Shown here piece after piece: positions 59,911 to 64,000 of a stretch of 64,000 bases of DNA (within the stretch, counting starts at the first letter, position 1; every line of letters begins with the position of its first letter). The position numbers and the translations under genes are program-made. Source of the stretch: an uncultured bacterium (GTDB lineage: Bacteria > UBP4 > UBA4092). The notes below the pieces were generated by a model, which was not told where the DNA came from, searched no databases, and saw nothing but the letters and a program-made list of their open reading frames with translations. Where the stretch lies: assembly GCA_964644695.1 (NCBI GenBank), contig CAZXWN010000004.1:1-64000 (forward strand), written 5' to 3'.

Positions 59911-61083
59911 CTATTCATCACTCCAAATGTCTCCAATAACGAGATTCTTATCAAAGGTTATTTCCAGGGTATTCATCAGTTTACCTGTTGTTGTGTCATA
60001 TACCCGGATAAACTTTTTGAATGTTTTATCCTTATTTACTTTGTATTCATTGTTGTTTACAACATATACCTTCTGCCCTGACTTTGAAAAATAGTAATTT
60101 AATCCCAAGGGAGATTCAAATTGAACCGTTGTGATCAAAGTATCCTTATTGGCAGCGAAAGAATATATGTGGACCTCAACAGCTTTTTTGTTTTTCACTT
60201 CCAGAGGGTAAATCAGCTTTGACTCATCAGGACTCAATTTAACCAACATTTCATTCTCTTGATGGGGAATCAACTTATTGGGGGGAATTTCATAAACAAA
60301 TTGCTGTTCTCCGACGATGGCTTTATCACCCGTCGTCTTCTGAAGAATTATTCCCGAATCAAAAGCGTCAGAGGAAGAGTTCTCCGGCACCATGAATTCA
60401 GTAAAAGAACGCGATAAATCACCCAGCAAAACCACCTCAGAGCTACCTCTAAATAAATAATGGAAGGTCCCACCTAAAATAGACTGTACCTTGGGAACAG
60501 GTATCCCGGATGAAAAATCGGTTAATATCAAGTCATTCCCGTTTATATGCTGTAAGGCTCGCTTATGTTCAATATCCCAGACAACCCTGTTATCCAGTGG
60601 CCAACAGGGATTAACCAACCAATAAGAGGTATCCTTGGATAAATCGTAAATATAGGGATATACACCATAGATTTTCAGACGGAAGAACACACAAACCTTA
60701 TCGTTATTTATCCATTCCTGAGATACTGCAAAACCGGATTGTTTCCCATTTAATAAGGGCCGATTGTAATATTTTGTTGAATGGTTACCCTTTATTTCCT
60801 CAATACAAAAATAGGCCGGAGTAATATATTGTAAATAGGCAATCTTACTCCCATCAGGAGATATCTTTCCCCTATTTCGACAAGTGGTTGATTCCATCCA
60901 ATAAATCATGCCCTGTGATGAATCAGAATCAAAATCAACATATCCCGATTTAAAAACATTCGTAGCAACAGTTGCTCGTACTTTTGCGCTGCAGGGAATA
61001 CTCAACAATAAAAACAAAGCGATAGAACCACAACACGCTTTAATGGCCCTGCTTTCCCATACCCGCTGAACCAAAGAATTCAT
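59911..61083 (-). CDS. Secreted TolB/WD40-like beta-propeller protein, paralogue B
   Basis: Signal-like N-terminus, SPDGSKIA, SPDES, FSKSG, ends DIWSDE; shares YPYIYDLSKD.SYWLV with paralogue A. Confidence 0.65.
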   Translation of the reverse strand: MNSLVQRVWESRAIKACCGSIALFLLLSIPCSAKVRATVATNVFKSGYVDFDSDSSQGMIYWMESTTCRNRGKISPDGSKIAYLQYITPAYFCIEEIKGNHSTKYYNRPLLNGKQSGFAVSQEWINNDKVCVFFRLKIYGVYPYIYDLSKDTSYWLVNPCWPLDNRVVWDIEHKRALQHINGNDLILTDFSSGIPVPKVQSILGGTFHYLFRGSSEVVLLGDLSRSFTEFMVPENSSSDAFDSGIILQKTTGDKAIVGEQQFVYEIPPNKLIPHQENEMLVKLSPDESKLIYPLEVKNKKAVEVHIYSFAANKDTLITTVQFESPLGLNYYFSKSGQKVYVVNNNEYKVNKDKTFKKFIRVYDTTTGKLMNTLEITFDKNLVIGDIWSDE

Positions 61084-62009
61084 TTCACACCCTCCATTTC
61101 AATTTGATATACCGGTGATTCACTAAAAGGAGACCTGAATACATCTTTCGAATCTGCGATCAACACCATAATATAAGCGATACTTTTATCGGGGTCATAT
61201 ATCAGCATTCCATTTTGATCCCAATAGTAAAAGTATTCTGGATGTTTAATTTGATCAACTCGTAACCACGAAATTTTCTTCTCAAGAGTGTAAGGATAGA
61301 ATAAATCAAGCGAGACATCTTTATATTTAAAACGAATAGTATTATCAGGCAAATCATGATTCATCTGATTTGTAAAACAAAACACCTCATCCGAACGAAA
61401 GGTAGTATCACCCGATAACTGTTTAAGATATCTATTGACCGGAATAATGTCATAATTAGGATAACGAAAGGTAGTATCGCCAGATAGACGTTTAAGATAT
61501 TGATTGACCGGAATAATGTCATAATTCGGATTTTGAAAAAAGGCATTCTTTTCTTTTGGGAATATTTTAATCTTCAAAACAACAACTTCTCCTGCAGGGG
61601 TGTTCATCTGACAGGCGTTCCGATAGGCAAAATGCTCTACCAATGGAATATTACCGGTTTTATCCATCAATAAACGATCTCTAATATTTTGAGCTGCGAC
61701 TAACACTATGAGTCCTGGCACAATAGTGGTAATCAGGAATAAAAATACAACTACACATCTAAAAAGTGTCTTGTTAGAAATTAGAGACTCAATTTCTGGC
61801 AATAACACAGCACTAACCAAACCAGGAATTAATCCTAATGCTAAAAAACATATATAACCATAAAGAAACGTACTAAGGCTAAACTGGTCTTTCACAAGTA
61901 AAAACGAAAAGAAAAGACCAAAAGCAGCCACATATAACAACACATAATCAATAACACTGTGTTTTAATAATCTGCGAACAGGCAAGTCCTTTTTCCTCCA
62001 GAGGGTCAT
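61080..62009 (-). CDS. Hypothetical membrane protein (about 3 N-terminal TMs) with internal 23-aa duplication
   Basis: 309-aa ORF, hydrophobic N-terminus, ATGA overlap with next gene; true start uncertain. Confidence 0.65.
   Translation of the reverse strand: MTLWRKKDLPVRRLLKHSVIDYVLLYVAAFGLFFSFLLVKDQFSLSTFLYGYICFLALGLIPGLVSAVLLPEIESLISNKTLFRCVVVFLFLITTIVPGLIVLVAAQNIRDRLLMDKTGNIPLVEHFAYRNACQMNTPAGEVVVLKIKIFPKEKNAFFQNPNYDIIPVNQYLKRLSGDTTFRYPNYDIIPVNRYLKQLSGDTTFRSDEVFCFTNQMNHDLPDNTIRFKYKDVSLDLFYPYTLEKKISWLRVDQIKHPEYFYYWDQNGMLIYDPDKSIAYIMVLIADSKDVFRSPFSESPVYQIEMEGVK
61394..61531. repeat. 69-bp imperfect tandem duplication, in frame
   Basis: Units 61394-61462 and 61463-61531; PNYDIIPVNQYLKRLSGDTTFR / PNYDIIPVNRYLKQLSGDTTFR. 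Confidence 0.92.
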
Positions 62010-62595
62010 ATATCACAAAATACTGTATGAATTGATCATTATATGAAGTCACAGGAACATAAATAAGCACATCATTCCACCGTCCACCATATATCTTCTG
62101 TACTTCATCAGGAATAAAAATCTCGGGAATATACCTGGAAACATTGTACACATTATCTTTTTTTACATATTCAGTAAAAGGCACATCCCTCTCGTAAGAA
62201 TCAAGATCGACAATGTTTTCTCGGAGTGAACTTAATCGATAGTCATCTATTTTTTGATATCGATACTTCCGTATTAATGAAATAAATTCTGTCGATTTCA
62301 TAGAAAAAGAATAATAAATTATCCGGGTAATATGATCACTCTGCTTATCAGTTATGTTAGACACTTTGACAGCAGTTTTACACCTGCTCATCAGCAAATT
62401 ATCGAGATTCTTTTCAACTTGAACAGAATCTGGTCTTGGTTTTATCAAATATTGATAACTGAAAAAACTTATAACAGTTGATATAAGCACTAAAATTAAG
62501 TGATAGGTTATTTTGTTTTTATATATACCCGACAAGCGGCCAATCAGGTATAAATGAAACAACGAACCTATGAACAATGCAACGAATTTATACAT
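61948..62595 (-). CDS. Hypothetical membrane protein (2 N-terminal TMs)
   Basis: 215-aa ORF, GAGG SD, IYDP motif near the C-terminus as in the downstream gene. Confidence 0.65.
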   Translation of the reverse strand: MYKFVALFIGSLFHLYLIGRLSGIYKNKITYHLILVLISTVISFFSYQYLIKPRPDSVQVEKNLDNLLMSRCKTAVKVSNITDKQSDHITRIIYYSFSMKSTEFISLIRKYRYQKIDDYRLSSLRENIVDLDSYERDVPFTEYVKKDNVYNVSRYIPEIFIPDEVQKIYGGRWNDVLIYVPVTSYNDQFIQYFVIYDPLEEKGLACSQIIKTQCY

Positions 62596-62760
62596 TTAAA
62601 CCCTCTCATTTCGATCTGAACCAAATTCGTTGTATCAAAATTGATTTTCCCATCATATACCCTTCATTAAAGACCCAGTTCATCCACATCAATTAATACC
62701 ATGAGGAGTTTTATTCAGTTGACACGGTCTACCTATCGTTCCACCCATATAATAGGCAAA
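62596..62760 (-). pseudogene. Decayed 3' fragment of a paralogue of the 61080-62009 gene
   Basis: From ATG 62702 one frame reads MVLIDVDELGL**RVYDGKINFDTTNLVQIEMRGFK versus MVLIADSKDV...VYQIEMEGVK in the intact gene. Confidence 0.5.
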
Positions 62761-62835
62761 CAGAGTTATCGTAGTCAATCCCTCTGGGTAAAACTTAAAC
62801 AATACTCAGAACATTAAACTTGTCTCGGGACTAAA

Positions 62836-62880
62836 CGAAGAAGCTACGAAGCAGCTCCGAGCAGGTCCGTGGAAGGTTCG
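62836..62880. repeat. 45-nt dispersed repeat, copy 2 (left arm degenerate)
   Basis: CGAAGAAGCTACGAAGCAGCTCCGAGCAGGTCCGTGGAAGGTTCG; 34/45 identical to copy 1 by manual ungapped alignment, same TAAA/AAA flanks. Confidence 0.72.
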
Positions 62881-62915
62881 AAAATATCAAACCATATTTA
62901 CAGGGGGGATAAAAG

Positions 62916-62950
62916 AAAAAACGGTCAATCCCTGAGGGGATTGACCGTTT
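62916..62950 (-). terminator. Intrinsic terminator of the small Pro/Ala-rich gene
   Basis: AAACGGTCAATCCC-tgag-GGGATTGACCGTTT, 14-bp stem, U-tract on the minus strand. Confidence 0.88.
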
Positions 62951-62965
62951 GAATAGTCAAATAAA

Positions 62966-63211
62966 TTACTGAGCGGTGGTATCAGCCGCTGGAGCAGGTT
63001 CTGCCGGGGCAGCACCTTCCGCCGGTGCGGGTTCAGCTGGAGCCGCTGGAGGCTGTTCACCAGCCGGTGGCATACCAGGGTTCATCATGGGGTCACCCAT
63101 TTCACCAGCCGGGGCCGGACTTCCCAGATACGGTTTCGCCATTTTGTAACCAAACCAAGCCGCAGCAGCAATAGCGACAATGGCTATGATTGCAGTTAAC
63201 GCTTTTTTCAT
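62966..63211 (-). CDS. Small membrane-anchored Pro/Ala-rich protein
   Basis: MKKAL + one TM + PAPAEPA-type tail; SD AGGAG upstream; own terminator. Confidence 0.72.
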   Translation of the reverse strand: MKKALTAIIAIVAIAAAAWFGYKMAKPYLGSPAPAGEMGDPMMNPGMPPAGEQPPAAPAEPAPAEGAAPAEPAPAADTTAQ

Positions 63212-63349
63212 TAAGAATCTCACTCCTCTCAAAAAACATTTATAGAGTTTATTTCTATCAATTCGATATTATGGTTAGCATACAATAACACCCCACTATA
63301 TGCAAGGAAGAATCCACATAAACCCTGATTTTTAGCAGGAAGCCCTTAT

Positions 63350-63769
63350 TTATAAGTGATTGAACATGGCAGAAAATACAAAGAAACATATGACAAAATT
63401 TACAAGAAAACATCCCGCGCCAACAATCAATCCCACCCAGCTGTGAATTTTCCCCCGAACCTCCGGATGACGATAAGCTGCCTGTAATCCCCTGATGCCT
63501 GTAATAATAGCAATCAGTCCGGTCACTAAACCTAAAACAGGGATAATGGACAGTATCCCGGCATAATAGGAAATTAATGCCTCTTTGTTTTTATACGGAA
63601 CGAGCTTGATAAACGTGTCATCGGGTGATGGCGAAGAACTGGGAGGAGTATCCTGGAGTAAATTACCACATTGGTCACAATACTTATAATAAACGGGATG
63701 CTTTTTCCCGCACCGGGTACAAAAGATTTCCACATTACTGTTTTGTGCCTGCTGATTATCTTCCATCAA
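63350..63769 (-). CDS. Zinc-ribbon + DUF4190-like membrane protein
   Basis: CTRCG..YCDQCG, then ALISYYAGILS..GLIAIITG..RGKIHSWVG with two TMs. Confidence 0.8.
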   Translation of the reverse strand: MMEDNQQAQNSNVEIFCTRCGKKHPVYYKYCDQCGNLLQDTPPSSSPSPDDTFIKLVPYKNKEALISYYAGILSIIPVLGLVTGLIAIITGIRGLQAAYRHPEVRGKIHSWVGLIVGAGCFLVNFVICFFVFSAMFNHL

Positions 63770-63955
63770 AATGACCCCTCACTTATTCTATATTACGAGA
63801 AATCAGATTCATTGAACACCCAATACCGGCTCTGTTCAACCCCCTCATTCTAAAGAATCCAAGTCCATGATGCAACTTGATTTATGCTTGACACCACCCC
63901 CTGTGAATGAGAAAATTCCCTTAGGGTAAGAGAGATCCTCATTTTGGAGGTGTCT

Positions 63956-64000
63956 ATGAAAAAGATATTGACCCTGTCTCGAGAACTGGGGAGCGGGGGA
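63956..64000 (+). CDS. Cytidylate-kinase-like family protein, 5' partial
   Basis: GGAGG SD, MKKILTLSRELGSGG matches the I.ISRE.GSGG P-loop; runs off the window. Confidence 0.75.
   Translation, partial: MKKILTLSRELGSGG

Overview
Bacterial chromosomal window of an unidentified, probably diderm lineage (Mla permease/ATPase, meso-DAP-type MurE, Wzx/Wzy-type glycan locus). Left to right: a single-ORF MarR-ArsM-GNAT (ArsN2-like) arsenic fusion; a PabB-PabC fusion; tRNA-Gln-prs-rplY-pth-rpsF-ssb-rpsR-rplI-dnaB-mlaE-mlaF followed by a 29-aa basic small ORF missing from the ORF track (bL37-like); a dcw cluster on the minus strand (mraZ to ftsZ) with a MurC-MurB fusion and no ddl; a ~27.6 kb surface-glycan locus (rfbA, a 1389-aa GT-C-like membrane protein, OafA, flippase, three GT4s, TviB/TviC-like, FnlABC, Wzy/ligase, TPR, long Wzz-like, WcaJ-like, PglF-like) whose right arm starts with a PorU/gingipain-like C25 peptidase; tRNA-Cys; a NagD-like HAD; an array of paralogous secreted/membrane orphan genes with internal duplications and a decayed copy; and the start of a cytidylate-kinase-like gene. 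No CRISPR array, rRNA, transposase or integrase was seen. The best candidate for an undescribed system is the PorU-like C25 protein embedded in the glycan locus with TPR, ligase-like and GT-C partners, which may conjugate proteins to the glycan. All family calls come from motif recognition by eye; no searches were run.
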